From NCBI RefSeq assembly GCF_030144855.1, contig NC_082710.1, forward strand, positions 142,166,001 to 142,230,000: 64,000 bases of DNA, written 5' to 3'. Numbering within the stretch: the stretch's first letter is position 1; every line of letters begins with the position of its first letter. Below, piece after piece: positions 25,426 through 39,640 of this stretch. Origin of the DNA: Hypanus sabinus (lineage: Eukaryota). The translations under genes were made by a program, and so were the position numbers. A model generated the notes under the pieces. That model was not told the DNA's origin. It did no database searches and saw nothing but the letters and a program-made list of their open reading frames with translations.

Positions 25426-26394
25426 TTCAGTAAATGTTGTTTCTCCTTCAGGGTGTATGAGACTGCAACTAGAGGTCACAGGTTTGGGGTGAAATGTAAA
25501 ATATTTATGGGAAATCTGAAGGGAAGGTTCTTCACCTAAAGGATTGTGTGAGTTTGGAACAAGCAGATGTGGGTCAAATTTCAACATTTAAGAGAGATTT
25601 CGATAGGCACATAGATAAGAAAGATATGGGGGTGGAGGCTATGGTGCAGTTGAAGGTAAATAGAACTAGACAGAAGGCTAGGCCAGAATGGTCTAGATGG
25701 ACTGGAGGGCCTGTTTCTATGCTGAGGTGCTCTATGACTCCACAGCTCTACATTTAAAGCCAACTCAAACTGGAGGAATAGCACCTGGTCTTCTGACTGA
25801 CGACACTGTTTTTAGTCTCAGCAATAAATTCCACATGCAACATAGTGCGGCACAGGAACAGGCCCTCTGGCCTACAATATTGTGCTGAACTAATTAATCT
25901 AAAGACGCCTAATTACACTAGTCTTTCCAGCCCGCATATCCATCTATTTATCTGCCTACCTAAGAGCCCAACGTGCCTCTGTTGCATCCGAGCATTCCAG
26001 GCACCCACCATTCTGGATGTGAAAACAAAAACTTGTCATGCACATCTCATTTGAGCTTACTCCTCTCACATTAAACGCATGCCCCCTAGTTTTGGATATT
26101 TTAAACCTAGGAAAATATACTAAATGTCTACTCTATCTATGTCTCTCCTAAACTAATAGGCCTTTATCCTGTTTCCCATCAGCCTCCACCATTTGAGAGA
26201 AAACAAAGTATATCCATTTTTTTAGCAGCACAGACAGCACCCTTACTCTGTCTATTTATCACTGCCTCTTCACCTCATATTTATTGTCTATTTATTATTA
26301 TTATTATGTCTTTCTTTTCAAATTTGCACAGTTTGTTGTCTTTTGCATACTGGTTGAGTGTTCAAGTTGGTTTGGTTTTTCACTGATTCTGTTA

Positions 26395-28430
26395 TAAAAC
26401 CATAAGACCGTAAGATATAGGAGCAGAGTTAGACAATTTGGCTCATTATATCTGCTCTGATGTTTCATCATGGCTAATCCAATTTTCCTCTCAGCTCCAC
26501 TCTCCTGCTTTCTCCCTGCATCTCTTCATGCCCTGATCAACCTCTGCTTTAAATATACATAAAGACTTGGCCTCCACAGTTGTCTCAAAGAATTCCACAC
26601 ATTCCCACTCTTTGCTTCCTGCTAATCAGCCACCGTTTTATCCATACTAGAATCTTTCCCATAATACCATGGGCTTGTTGTTTGATAAGCAGCCTCATGT
26701 GTGACACCTTGTCAAAGGCCTTCTGAAAATCCAAGAACACAGTAAAAAGAGATTCTCCTTTGTCTATCATGCTTGTTACTTCTTCAAAGAATTCCAACAG
26801 ATTTGTCAGGCAAGAATTTCCCTTGAGGAAACCATGCTGACTACGGTCTATTTTATCATGTGCCTCCAAGTACCCTGAGACCTCATCCTTGATCATCAAA
26901 ATCTTCCTAACCACTGAGGTCATATTGTAGTTTCCTTTCTTCTGCCTCTCTCCATTCTTGAAGAGTGGCAAGACATTTCCAATTTTTCAGTCTTCAGGAA
27001 TCATTCCAGAATCTAGTCATTCTTGAAAGATCATTGCTAATGCTTCTACAATCTCTTTAGCCAACTCTTTCAGAACTCTGGGTTGTACACCGTCTGGTCC
27101 AGGTGACTTATCTATCTTCAGATTTTTCAGTTTCCCAAAAACCTTGTCCCTAGTAATGGTAACTTCATGACTGCCAATGTCTGGAACTTCCTGCATACAG
27201 TTAATGTCTTCCACAGTGAAGGCTGATACAAAATACATATTCAGTTCATATGTATTCCATCTTTATCTTCTTAATTAATTTTTTTAGTTCCCTTCTGCTG
27301 GTTTTTAAAAGCTTTCCAATCCTCTAACATCCTATTAATTTTTGCTCTATTATATGCCCTCTCTCTGGCTTGTATGTTAGTTTTGACTTCTCTTGTTTGC
27401 CATAGTTGTGTCATCTTGCCTTCAGAACACTTCTCTTTTTTTTGGGATAGATATATCCTGTGCCTCCCGAATTACTTCCAGAAATTCCAGCCATTGCTGC
27501 TCTGCCATCATCACTGCCAGTGATCTTTTCCAATCATTATTATGATCACTTTCTCCTAAGGGTTATTTTGCCCTAAGCTCTCTAATCAATTCTGGTTTAT
27601 TGCAGAACACAGGAACCAGAATAGCTGATCTCCTAGTGCGCTCAATCACGAGCTGCTCTAAAAAGCCATCTCATAGGCACTCAAGAAACTCCCCCTCCTG
27701 GAATCCAGCACCAACCTGATTTTCCCAATCTACCTGCATATTGAAATCCCCCATGACTATTATAACATTGCTCTTTTGGCATGCATTTTCTATTTCCCAT
27801 TGTAATTTGTAGGCCTCATCCTTACTACTGTTCGGGTGTCTGTATCCCCATGCACTTCTTTAGCTCCATCCACAATGATTCAACACCTTCCAACGCTATG
27901 TCACCTCTTTCTAATGACTTGATTTCATTTTTTACCAACAGAGTACTGTCACCCCCCTCTGCCTTCCTGCCTGTCCTTGTGATACAATGTTTACCCTTGG
28001 ACATTACGCTCCCAGCTATATTCTTCTTTCAGCTATGATTCAATAATGCCTACACCATCATACCCGCCAATCTACAACTGTGCCGCAAGTTCACCTGCCT
28101 TATTTCATATACCGCGTGCATTCAAATACAACGCCTTCAGTCCTGTATTCATCCTTTTCAATTTATCTGCCTTTTACATTGCAATTCATCCTGTTGACTG
28201 TAATTTTGCCCTGTCAACAGCCTCTCCTCACTACACATTGACTCCATTTGTAAACCAGCTACCTCATCTTCAGCACTATTATCTGCCTTTCCTACGATAC
28301 TTTTTGCATTGAACAGGCAGCTCAAGATACTAGTTGCACCGTGCTCAACCTTTCGATCGCTGATTTTGTCTGCGGTCTTACCTACATCTGCCTCTACTAA
28401 CTGTTCTGGCATTCTGGTTCTATCCCCCTG
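26395..28430 (-). mobile_element. CR1 LINE with multiple internal deletions (ORF1 end, endonuclease, RT N-half, 3' UTR)
   Basis: KSPGPDGVQPRVLKE; QHGFLKGNSCLTNLLEFFE..DFQKAFDKVSH; CATAAGA-type tail. Confidence 0.9.
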
Positions 28431-29243
28431 CCCCTACCTGAATAATTTTCTTCTGCACTATTTATTCATGTTCGGTAATGTGTGGTTATTGTAATGTATA
28501 CTTATTATTCTATGGATTTATTGAGTATGCCCACAAGAAACTGAATCTCAGAGACATATTTGTATTTTATTAATACATTTACTATGAACTTTGAACTTTG
28601 AAAGCAGTCAACATAATTAAAGACTACACACACCCTGGTCATTCTCTCCTCTCGACCTTCCCGTTGGGCATAAGATACAAAAGCCTGAAAGCACATAACA
28701 TCAGGCTCGAGGACCCTTCTATCCCACTAATACAAGAGCATTAAATGGCCCACTAGTATGATAAGATATACTCTTGACCTCACAATCTGCCTTGTTATGG
28801 CCTTGCACCTTATTGTCCCTACCTTGCACTTTCTCCCTGACTGTTAAACTATATACTGCATTTGCCTGTAATCCTTAGTATCACCTCAGTCAATGGATGT
28901 GATGAAATTGTCTGTATGGATGGGACTGCAAAGCCAAATTTTTCAGTGTAAGTCAGTATAAGTGCCTATTTACCAACTTATCCACCCCAACACAGACCAT
29001 CTCTTTTTTTTACCCCTGCCCCTCCCACATTCTATTATAATCCCATTTTACCTGCATTTGGTCTGTAGCCATCTATGCCTTGGTGATTCAAGTGCTTGTC
29101 TAGATGTCCAGTTGCTCAAATGTCATGAGAGTTTCTGCCTCCACTTCCTCAGAAACGTGTTCTAGATTCCAAGCGCCCTCAGTTGAGGGGAAAAATTTCC
29201 CTTTAAATCTCCTCTGTATTAGAACCAGGTTTATTATCACTGG

Positions 29244-29337
29244 ACAACACACACAAAATGCTGGTGGAACACAGCAGGCCAGGCAGCATCTATAGGAAGA
29301 AGCAATGTCGACGTTTCGGGCCGAGACCCTTTGTCAG
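29244..29337 (-). mobile_element. 94-bp hammerhead-bearing PLE-derived mini-insertion with 7-bp TSD
   Basis: TSD TCACTGG (29237-29243/29338-29344); minus strand starts CTGACAA-AGGGTCTCGGCCC-GAAACGTC-GAC. Confidence 0.85.
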
Positions 29338-29344
29338 TCACTGG

Positions 29345-29825
29345 CACGTTTCAGGAAATTTGTTGTTTTGTGTAAGCAGTTCAGTGCAAGAATAAAAATA
29401 ACTATACATTACAAAGCATAAATAAGTAGTGCAAAAGAAAAATCTTCAGGGAGTGTTCATGGGCTCGTGAACCAGAGGGGAATAAGCTATTCCTTAAACT
29501 GAGAGTGTGGGTCTTCAAGCTCCCATACCTCCACCCTGATGCTGATAATGAGAAGAGGGCAGGCGCTGGATGGTGACAGTTCTTAATGATGGATGCAACC
29601 TTCTTGAGACACCACCTTTTGAAGATGACCTCTGTGATGGGGAGATCTGTGCCCATGATGAAGCTGGCTGAGTCTACAAGATTCTGCAGCCTTTTTTGAT
29701 CCTGCACTTTGGAGCCTCCGTACCTGGCGATGATGCAACTAGTCAGAATGCTCTCCATTGCACATCAATATTTGCACCAGCCTTTGATGGCATACCTGTG
29801 CCAAATCTTCTCAAACCCCTAACAG
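29345..29825 (-). mobile_element. Rex1/Babar LINE 3' fragment
   Basis: ORF 29402-29758: MESILTSCIIARYG..KKVASIIKNCHHP. Confidence 0.85.
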
Positions 29826-31409
29826 CTAGGATGTGGTAGCACTGTGCTGTTACAGCTTTGATCTCAAGTCATCAGCTCGAAACATCAAACCTGTTTCATC
29901 ACAGGTGCAGCCAGTCCTCCCTCGTGTGTCCAACAGCTTCTGCTTTTGTTTTAAGTAATAATGGGATCCACTTCCAACCCGAGTTAAGCGATTTTGTTTT
30001 TCGCAGGCGCTTCGCAAATCCTATCAAAGGCAGACTTCACAAACAGTTATTCGGGCCAAATCAAGAGGCTGCTTTATTTCGTGTACAGCTTCCAACTTCC
30101 ATTTGCTTTACTCAATCTTGCTTCTCTGTGTAGAAACATGAAAATAAATCATGTGTCCTGTCCTCTTTGTGAGCAGACACTGACTTTATTCAGCCACCTT
30201 TCTTCTCTCTAATGAATTCTGGCTGTATTTCCCTCTTGCAGCGCCTGCCACCTTTTCCAATGATAAGCTCATGCAGTTATATCTAGCCTTGCAATTTAAC
30301 ACAGCATGCTTAAAGGAGTGTTATACATCAGAAATGGAAACCGAGTGACAGACTGCGAGAGAGCAGATAAAGTTAGCTCAGACAGGGAGGTTTCAAATGG
30401 GGACAGAAAAGTGGAGAGGTATTTGGAGCTAAGGCATTAATGGTGATGCTTATGCTAAGGAACTTAAAGCTGTTCACCCTCTTAACCCCAAACCCATTGA
30501 TGTCAATAGGGGTTAGCCTGTCTCTATTCCTCCTGTAGTTTAGAATTGAAGGAATACACCTATGTTGGATAGTTATACAGCTGAAGGAACTCTTGGGGTT
30601 AAGCAGGAAGATTTGTGAAGGAGGATGGTCATTTTAAACACATTTGACCATGAACTATTTTTCTATTTAGCAATGATACCTGTCTCTTTCGTGGAGGGAC
30701 TTCAAGCCAGATTGAAGCACGGGGAACCCGAGAGTGGAAATCAAACTGACAGTCAGCCAATTTAAGCACCAAGCCAGATTAAAAAGATTGAGCTGTCAAG
30801 GGCGAGAATGGAGGACAAATCAGTGTCCAGCGCACTTCTCACTGTCGGCCAAGAACCCTCACCTGAGTTCATCCAGTCTGTCCGGGTTTGGACCATCTCT
30901 CTTTTGTCTTGCTGCTGTAACTAGGCAACTGGTGCAGGAGGCTTGGCTCCAAACTGACAGGTTCAGTTGTACTTGTTGCCCTCCAGTTGTTGGACTTCTG
31001 GAGCAGCTTCAATTGCCTCAGCACTGAATGGACTCCGTAGCTGTGGCCTACAGCCGTCTGACTCCCGGACCGGCTTCATGTGTTCAGCGCTGGGCTCCGT
31101 GACTGTGGACTCACTTTTGAGAACTCTGTAGTTCATCTGCTTATTATTGGTTTACTTCTATTGTATGCACATTTTTTCCCTTTTTACTCACATTGGACGT
31201 TTATCGGTCTTTGTTGTGTGGAGTTTTACATGAATTCATTCTGCCTGTAAGAAGATGAATGTCAAGACTGTAGACTTTATGTGAGTCATGTGACACTACA
31301 GCACAGTTACAGGCCCTTTGGCCCATCTAGTCTGTGCTGAACCATTAACCTACCTTATCCCATCGACATGCACGCAAATCATACCCACCACCCACGTATC
31401 TCGGCTTGG

Positions 31410-31885
31410 GAATACAAATATCACGCGGCAGCAACTCAGGCACAGAAGCATGCAGACATGGCCAAGAGATTCAGTTGACGTTCAGATCCAATGTCAGAAT
31501 GAGGGAGAAATTTGACCTAAGAGACCCTGACCACGGAATGATTGTTGGTGCCAGACAGGGTGGTGTGAGTATCTCAGAAACTGATGATCTCCTGGTACTT
31601 GCATGTACAACAAACCCTGGAGTTTACAGAGAATGATGCAAGAAAACAAAGAATATCCAGTGAGCGGCAATTCTGTGGGCAGGAGTGCCTTGCTGTTGGG
31701 TGAGGTCAGACTACGATGGATATGTTGGTTCGAGCTGATAACAAGGCAACAGTGTCTCCAATAACCATGTGTTACAATGCTGATCTTCAGAAGAACATCT
31801 CCGAAAGCAAAACACATCAGCCCTTGAAGTTGATAGGCTACAGCAGCAGAAGACCACAAACATACACTCAACCAAGTGTATACGA
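31410..31885 (+). mobile_element. Tc1-derived non-autonomous element with transposase N-terminal remnant
   Basis: MREKFDLRDPDHGMIVGARQGGVSISETDDLL; RADNKATVSPIT..NISE (paired-like HTH region). Confidence 0.85.
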
Positions 31886-32134
31886 AGCAGTAACTGTTGG
31901 GATTGCACTAGGAGCTGCCATAGACCACAGTTAGGCTGAATGGCTTCCTTCCACACCTTGAGAAAAATATCAACCTGTACACCAAAACCTGAACCCACCC
32001 CACCCCTGGTTTTGAATTACAAACGTTTGTAGTTCCACATTGAAAAGGATAGTTTGTGCGATCTCAAACAGCCAACAGCTTCATCACACAATAAGCTATC
32101 AATGTCCAATTGGAAGCTACGATGATCTTTTACA

Positions 32135-33580
32135 CTATAAGACCACAAGACTATGAGACATAGAAGCAGAATTGGGCTATTCCGACCATTGGGTCTGCTC
32201 CGCCATTCTATCATGACTGATTTATTATCTCCTTCAATCTCATTCTGTTGCCTTCTCCCCATAACATTTGATGCCCTGACTAAAGAAGAACCTGTCACCC
32301 TCCACTTCAAATATACTCAACAACTTGGCCTCCTCAGCCATCTATGGCAATGAATTCCACAGATTCGCTGTCCTCTGTCCTCCTCATCTCTGTTCTAAAT
32401 GGACATTCCTCTAGTCTGAGGCTGCGCCCTTTGGTCCTAGACTCAATATAGGAAGCATCCTCCTCACAACCACTCTCTCCAGACCTTTCAACGTTCAATA
32501 AGTTTTATTGAGGTCACCCACACATTCTTCTAAAGTCCAGTGAGTACAGGCCTAGAACCATCAAATGCTCCTCATACATTAACCTTTTTTTTTGCAGAAT
32601 CATTGATGGAAACTCCTCTGGACCTTCTCCAATGCCAGCACATATCTTCTTAGATAAGGGACCCAAAACTGCTCACGTTGCTCCAAGAGTGATCTGACCA
32701 ATGTCTTAAAAATCCTCAGCATCACATCCTTATTCTTATACTCTGGTGCTCTGAAATGAATGCTAACAATGCATTTGCCTTCCTTAGCAAGATAACCTTT
32801 AGGAAATCCTGCATGAGGACTCCGAAGTCCCATTGCAGCTTTAGGTTTTGAACTTTCTCCCCATTCAGAAAATAGCCTATACCTCCCTACACTATATTTC
32901 ATCTGCCACTTCTTCGCCCATTCTCTCAATCTAAGTCCTTCTGCTGACTCCTTCCTTCTTCAGTACTACTTGCACCTCATATCATCCACAATCTTTGCCA
33001 TAAAGCTATCAATCCATCATCTACATCGTTTATATATAACGCAAAACGAAGTGCTCCCAGCCCTGACCCCTGCTAAACATTGCTAGTCACCAGCAGCCAA
33101 CAAGAAAAGGCTCCTTTTACTTTTCAGTCTTCGGGAAACATTCCCTATTCTAGTCACTCTTGAAAGATCATATACTAATGCCTCCACAATCTCTTCACTG
33201 TCCTCATTCAGAACACTTTGTGTAGTCCATCCAGTTCAGACCTTTCAGCATCCCAAGTACCTTCTCCTTAGTAATAGCAACTACACTCACGTCTGCCCGA
33301 CACTCTTGAATTTCTGGCACAGTGCTTGCGTCTGAAGCAAATTATCTATCAGGTTCTCCTGCCATTTCTTTACCTACACCCCCCCCCCCCATCTCCCCAA
33401 CATCATTTTCCACTGATTCAATATCCATTCTCACCTTCTTTTTACTCTTTATATATTTGTAAAAAACTTTTGGAGTACTCTTTTATGTACTTCTTATGTA
33501 GCTTCATGTTTCATCTTTTCTCTTCTTATGGCTTTTTAGTTTCCTTCTGTTGGTTTTTAAAAGCTTCCTAATCCTCTACC
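32135..33580 (-). mobile_element. CR1 LINE, internally deleted
   Basis: EWAKKWQMKYSV..DVMLRIFKTLVRSLLEQ..FWVPY; CTATAAGACCACAAGA tail. Confidence 0.88.
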
Positions 33581-36500
33581 GTCCGGCTGTCCATAATACC
33601 TCCATTCTTTGTGTCATCTGCAAGCATGCTAATCCACCCTTCCACTTCCTCATCCAAGTCACTTAGAAAAATTACAAACAGCAGGTGTCCCAGAAAAATC
33701 TCAACTTCCCTAAAGTGCTTTTGCTATATCATGCCTTTTTTGAGGTAAGCTGAGGTAAATTCCCCAATATCCCAGCAATGTGGCTCACTCAAACATTTCC
33801 TCTTAAATCTCTGTCTCATATCTACTTAATTTGCCAATCCTTTCGGAGCCAAAAAAAAATGAGACCTGTATGAATATAATCAATTCTACTTGCCAGGTGA
33901 GCGAACAATGTTGCAAATAAAACACTTCAACTATTATCTTCCACACTGCATTGTTGTTTATTCACTTCCAGTGTTAGTGTTACTCATAGACTTGCATTTA
34001 CCTCCCATCCCTAACTCTCTATGGGGGTAGGAGGAGTTACTGCTGTTTGAACTATTACAGTACCTCTGGTGAAGTGGGGTGCTCCCACAGAACAGTTGGG
34101 GAGGGACGTCAAGGTTTTAGGCCCAATATGAACCAGGAGACAGTTGATTCCTAATTGGCTGCACTTCCTCTGTAACTTTAACACTATATTCTGCGCTTTG
34201 TTATTGCTTTTCCCTTGTACTATTTCAGTGTATTGATGCATTAAAATGATTTGTGTGGACAGCATGCAAAACAAAGCTTTTCACTGTACATGTGACAACA
34301 ATCAACCAATTTACCAATGTGATGGGTTCTCTGTCTGCAAAGTCCTAAACTCAAAAGGAGATTTTAAGCCCTATCCGATATACTGTAGGTATCTACCAGT
34401 ACCTTCACCATAGGAAGATTATACGATGTCAACCTGCTCTTAAGAAACTAGCTTACTTCCATGTCCAGTCTCTCCAGCTAGGTCTAGCTGCCAATACCCA
34501 CTACTTCCATGGTGGGATTCCCCGTCCCTACCAAGAGTGAGATGCCTCCAGCTAACACAGTAGTTTTAACACAGTTATTTTACTTTTCATGATACATATT
34601 TCAATTTAGAAAAATAGTTCTTACTACAATTAGAACTCACAGAGGATTACTGTTTTATTAAAGGTTTCTGAATACCAAAAGATTTATAAATTTAAAATGA
34701 TTTCCAAGCACAGGTACAATTCTTACAAACTAAAAGAACGTACCAACAATTCACAGATGAATCTGTCATCCGCCACAGCAGAAGATGGTTGAGAAATGAA
34801 TTCTAGTTCTTCTTTCCATCATTCTCACCATCATTCTAACAATCCCCACTACTTTCTCACATTTTTTCTACTAGCTGACATTATTTTCATTTGGTGTTTT
34901 TCAGATAGCTTTGCTGGACAGAATAAGTCACACAGATGGCCCAAAAGCTTCTTAGGACAGAGATCCCAGATACACAAAATTAACACTGTGAGGGCTGACT
35001 CCAGATGCACAAGTATCCAAACTATTGATGGATCAGCTATACCTGTTACCACATTTGATATGCTAAGTGACAACATCAGTCTGGTCTGCAAACTTCGCCA
35101 GCATTGTCTAATTTGACGTAGGCCAATAAAACACAAAATTATTGTTTGACTGATGCAGAGGAGAATATTTTCATTGTCACTTCACTTTGCCAACCATAAC
35201 TCTTGAACAGCCAGGCTCTACTATGGGTCAGCTCTCTGGAGTCAGTGTTGTTTGTTTGCAAAACCGTTCTTTTAGCTTCAGACTGATTATTGCTTGCAAT
35301 TTACATTAAGAGCTGAAGACTGGTTCTTGTTCACAACAAGATGCTGAACAAGGAACATTGGTTAGAAGTTTAACTTCGTCACAAACAACTCTGACTCTTT
35401 GGAAAGGCCATGCTGCTGTGTTAGAAAGCTGAGGTTAACAATAAGCCTCTTGCATCCCTGAAAGGTGAATATACATCACACCAAGTCAAGTTGAATTACG
35501 GAGGGGATCCTGCATGTGTGGTAGTATCTCGACATGCCTGTTAGCCTTAATCCTTCTTGCTGGGAGAGACTGTGGGTTTTGAAGGTATTGTTGAAGAATC
35601 CTCAGGAAGTATCTGAGTGCATTTTGAAGGGAGCATAAAATGGTGCACAAAGTCAGATCTCAGGGGCTTAAGAAGGGGGCATCAAAATCCAAGCATCTAA
35701 TTCTGGGCACCATTTTTTATGAAGAGTAGCATAACCTGGGAAAGGTTGCAGAGATCATAAGAAAGTTTCCAGACAAGCGAAGCTTTGAATAGGGATACTA
35801 AAGCCTATGATTCCACCCCCCCCCCCAACACACCTCCACTACTCTTAAAATATGGAGAGGAAGAAAGAGATTTAACATAGAAGCTCAAAATTATTGAAAG
35901 TATATGTTATTGGATAACCAGTGAAACCAGCTGGGCTGGGGAACTGGCAGAGAACTGGGAGTAATTGGACAGATCGTTCATGGAGTTGAACCTAGTTACC
36001 TTCTCCTGAGCTGTAAGTCTCTGATTTGTTGCTTCTTCCTACAATGACTGGTAGATACTTCAGCTGCTTGTTTGAACTGGCTGACTTCAGAGATATTGAA
36101 GTGAAGGAGGAATTTGCAGAGGTACTAAAAAACAACGGTAGAATTTATCAAGGTTCTCATGTATTGACCAATCTCTTATTAACCCTGTTTCAGGAAAGGA
36201 GTGTGGGAGCAACATTCTGTGAATCAGAAAATATATTCTGCACCTTTATTTAAAAAAATCAATGCTATCAAAAAAAATCTGCTTGCTTGCAACCCTCTCT
36301 AATTGGCATTTCTTATCTGTAAGGTCAGTTTTATTTATAGAGCCACTCGATTAAAATCATCATCACTGGTGATGGATGATTGGGTAGGCCATCACCTCAA
36401 ATTGACCATAGCATCTGCAGTTTACTTTGTGTTAACCTCAGAATGAAATGCCCGTAAATATCTTGATACAGTACTATGTCCGATACATTGCTATTATGAT

Positions 36501-36704
36501 GATATCCAACCACTTTCTCCATGCCATTGTTTCTGAAGAGGCTGCTGTTTGAACCATGTCAGATACAGACCATCTCAGACTAAGAAGAACCAATTCTGAG
36601 TAGCTGCAGAGGCATTGACCTTGGAATATTAGCTGTTTCCTCTCTAAACAAACTTCAAGTTTGCTCGTAATTGCCGTCCCATCAGAAGTTCAGAGCTGTA
36701 TGTG

Positions 36705-37460
36705 ATCACGGAGACGCAGATGTTAGAACCTGGAGTAACAACCAAGGTGCTGTAGGAAATCAGCTGGTCAGGCAGCTTTTGAGGAGGGAAATGGACAGTT
36801 GATGCTTTAGGTCGGGACCCTTCATCTGGACTGAAAATAGAAGGGAGATAGCTGGTATGAGGAAGTAAGGTGAGGGGTGGAGGAAGAGCTGGCAGGTGAC
36901 AGGTGGATCCAGGTGAAGAGAGGTGATAAGCAGATGAAGGAGGGGAGACTAGGAATAGTGATAGAGGCCAGAAGGTGATAGGTGGAGGTGACAAAGTGGT
37001 GAAGGTGGTGCAATCTGATAGGAGTGGAAGATGGAGCATGGAGCCACGTGAGAGAGGTGGAGAGGGCAGAAAGGAGCAGTGGAGGAGGGAATCCAGTGGG
37101 AGGTGCATGCAGTTGATGAGCAGGAGGAGCAGGTTGTGGAGGAGAAAGAAACAGGGTGATGAGAGGTGGAGCTGTGGGTGAAGGAAGAACTGAGTGGATC
37201 AGGAGGAGAGAGAAAAGGGACAGAGGGCCAGTAGGCTTCCTGAGTTTGGAGAATTTAATATTCGTGCCTTTGGGCAGTGGAATACCCAGGGAGACTATGA
37301 GGTACGGTTTTTCCAGTTTGTGATTAGTCTCATCCCAGCAGTGGCAAAGGATAGACATGTTGGTGTGGGAATGGGGAGGGGAATTAATTGTCTGCCCACT
37401 GGGAGCTCTAGAAAGCCGTGGCACATGGAGCACAGAAGCTTCCTAGGGTGCACTTGGTCC
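36705..37460 (-). mobile_element. Penelope-like element 3' part: GIY-YIG C-terminus, pyrimidine-rich UTR, terminal repeat (family A)
   Basis: NSPPHSHTNMSILC..HKLEKPYLIVSLG..KGTNIKFS; CAGTC-CAGATGA-AGGGTCCCGACCT-AAAGCATCAACTG. Confidence 0.85.
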
Positions 37461-38859
37461 ATTGATATAAGAATCAGAATCTTTTTTATCCCCGTGGTAG
37501 CAATATCAAAAGAAGAACTCACTAGGTCAGGTAGCATTTATGAAAGCAAAGAGATGGTGGACACTTTGTTATAAGACTCTGCACCAGCTCTGGGTGTGCA
37601 GAGGAAAGATAGCCAGTATATGGAGGTGAAAGACGCTTTTACCCTCCACCCTCAACCCTGATATAGGGTCTTAACCTGTAACATCAAAATCCATTTGCCT
37701 CCACAGATGCTGCTCAATCCACTGAGTTGCTCCAGCTGTTTGCTTGTGGCTCTGTTTCAAGTTCTATAAAAGAAGTATTTCAAATGTACCACGTATAAAT
37801 TAATAATTTTAACAAATGCTACTGATTTCAGTAATAAGGCTACCAGGCTTTTATTCAGGGAGAAAATATTGCCTTATGCCTGACAAGAAATGCCCCTTCC
37901 TTTTTGGACTATATTTGATGTGTTTATTAGAATTGCAGTTTACGATAAACCAAAAATATTACACAAATGATTGCTGGCTGCTTTCTAACAAACATCTAGT
38001 TTGCCGGCTATCAAATTGTTCTCTGAACCATAGACGGCCCAAACATAGAGTTACAAATTGGAAAACAGCTTCAGAAAGAGCTTGCTTTCCAATCTACAGC
38101 CCAGTGGCAACTCTTGTCCATCAGGATCACTCGAGCAGAATCATGGATATTCAACAAAATATCATTGAAATAACTATTCAGGTTGTGTGCTCAGGTTATT
38201 TTGCAGCAAATGGAATGTGTTAAAAATCATAAAATTAAAGCTGTACTGTCAAATGAAAATGGGTAAATAAGGACTGGAAATTGTTAACCCAAATGCTTAA
38301 GAACTGCAAATATTTAACAAAAATTGTTGCCAAATGCTTGCTTTCCTCATAGTCTTGGCAGATCGATTTATTTTGTTCAATAAAGTCACACTAGCAATTT
38401 GTTTACTTCATTTTTGTTATACGGAGGGTTTGATAAATGATAGTTGGCTATTTCGCCTACATTATAGAATCTCTCAAAATCGGGACTTCTGTATGTGAAA
38501 TGGCATAGATGAAAATTGTATCATTACTCTTATTTTTCATGCCAGAGCAAGTGTTCATTCACTCTTTGTTTTATTTTAAGCCTTAATACCTTGGCACGGG
38601 CCTGAAGTAAAATGATTTTACTGGCTTTATTTTGTTTTTTTTTTACTTGTTGTTTGAGATGCTGGCAGAGCCGATATTTATTCCTCATCTCTCTTTGCCC
38701 TTGAGGTAACAGTGTTGATGCATCCACTTGAATTCCTGCAGTCTTCCTGGTGAAGAGAGTGAGAGGGAGCTCCAAGATATAGACCCAATGACAATGAGGG
38801 AATGGTCATGAAGTCTAGATTGGGTCTAGATCAGACGCAGACGCGTCTCTAACCCCTCT

Positions 38860-39640
38860 GCCATGCTGACCCAATGGTAGCAGCAAGAAAAGAGCAGGGC
38901 CTGGGTGGTGAGCATCTTTGGTGATGAGTGCTGCTTCGTGTAGATGTGCTCAATGGTTGGGAGGGTTTTATCCGTGATGTATTGGGCAAAGCATTACCTT
39001 TTAAAGGATTTTCTGCTGGAAAGCATTGGTGTTCCCATGCCAGTCAGCACACATCTGCAGAGGTTTACCAAGGTTTTCATTGACATGCTGAACCTCACAG
39101 ACTCCTGAGGAAGTAGAGGCACTGTCATGATCTGCATGACAGGCTCTGCAACAATATTTATTTGATGGGTCCAGGACCCAGGAATTTAAATTTACTGTCC
39201 GTCTCCATCTCTAATTCTCCAATGATTACTGGCTCATGGACCACTGGCTTCCCTCTCCTGAAGTATACTGTCAGTTTCTTGGTCTTGCTGATCTTAAGTT
39301 GTTATTATTACACCACTTGGACAGGTTTCCAATCTCCCTCCTGTATGCTGATTCATCACCCCCTTTGATACAGCCCAAAAATCAGCAAACTTGTATTTGG
39401 TGTTGGAGCTGTATTTAGCCACACTGTCATGTAGAGCAGGGGCTAAGTGTACATCCCTCGGTGCTCCTGTGCTGATGTAGTTTGTGGAGGAGATGTTTGT
39501 TGCCAATCCAAACTGACTGGTGTCTACAAGTGAGGAAATCCAGGAGCCACTGAGACCCAGGTCTTGGGGTTTACTGATTAGTTTTGAGGGAACGATGGTG
39601 TTAAATGCTGAGCTGTAGTCAATAAAGAGCATCCTTTGAC
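38860..39640 (-). mobile_element. Rex1/Babar LINE RT fragment
   Basis: RMLFIDYSSAFNTIVPSKLISK..STGAP..YKFAD. Confidence 0.85.

Noticed and set aside
34796-35136. Overlapping ~100-aa ORFs in unique sequence with a TTTTCAG acceptor-like site
   Set aside because: No recognisable domain; ORFs of this length are expected by chance.
36644-37433. Pro/Ser/Leu-rich 154- and 203-aa ORFs
   Set aside because: Translation of the pyrimidine-rich PLE UTR plus the GIY-YIG remnant.
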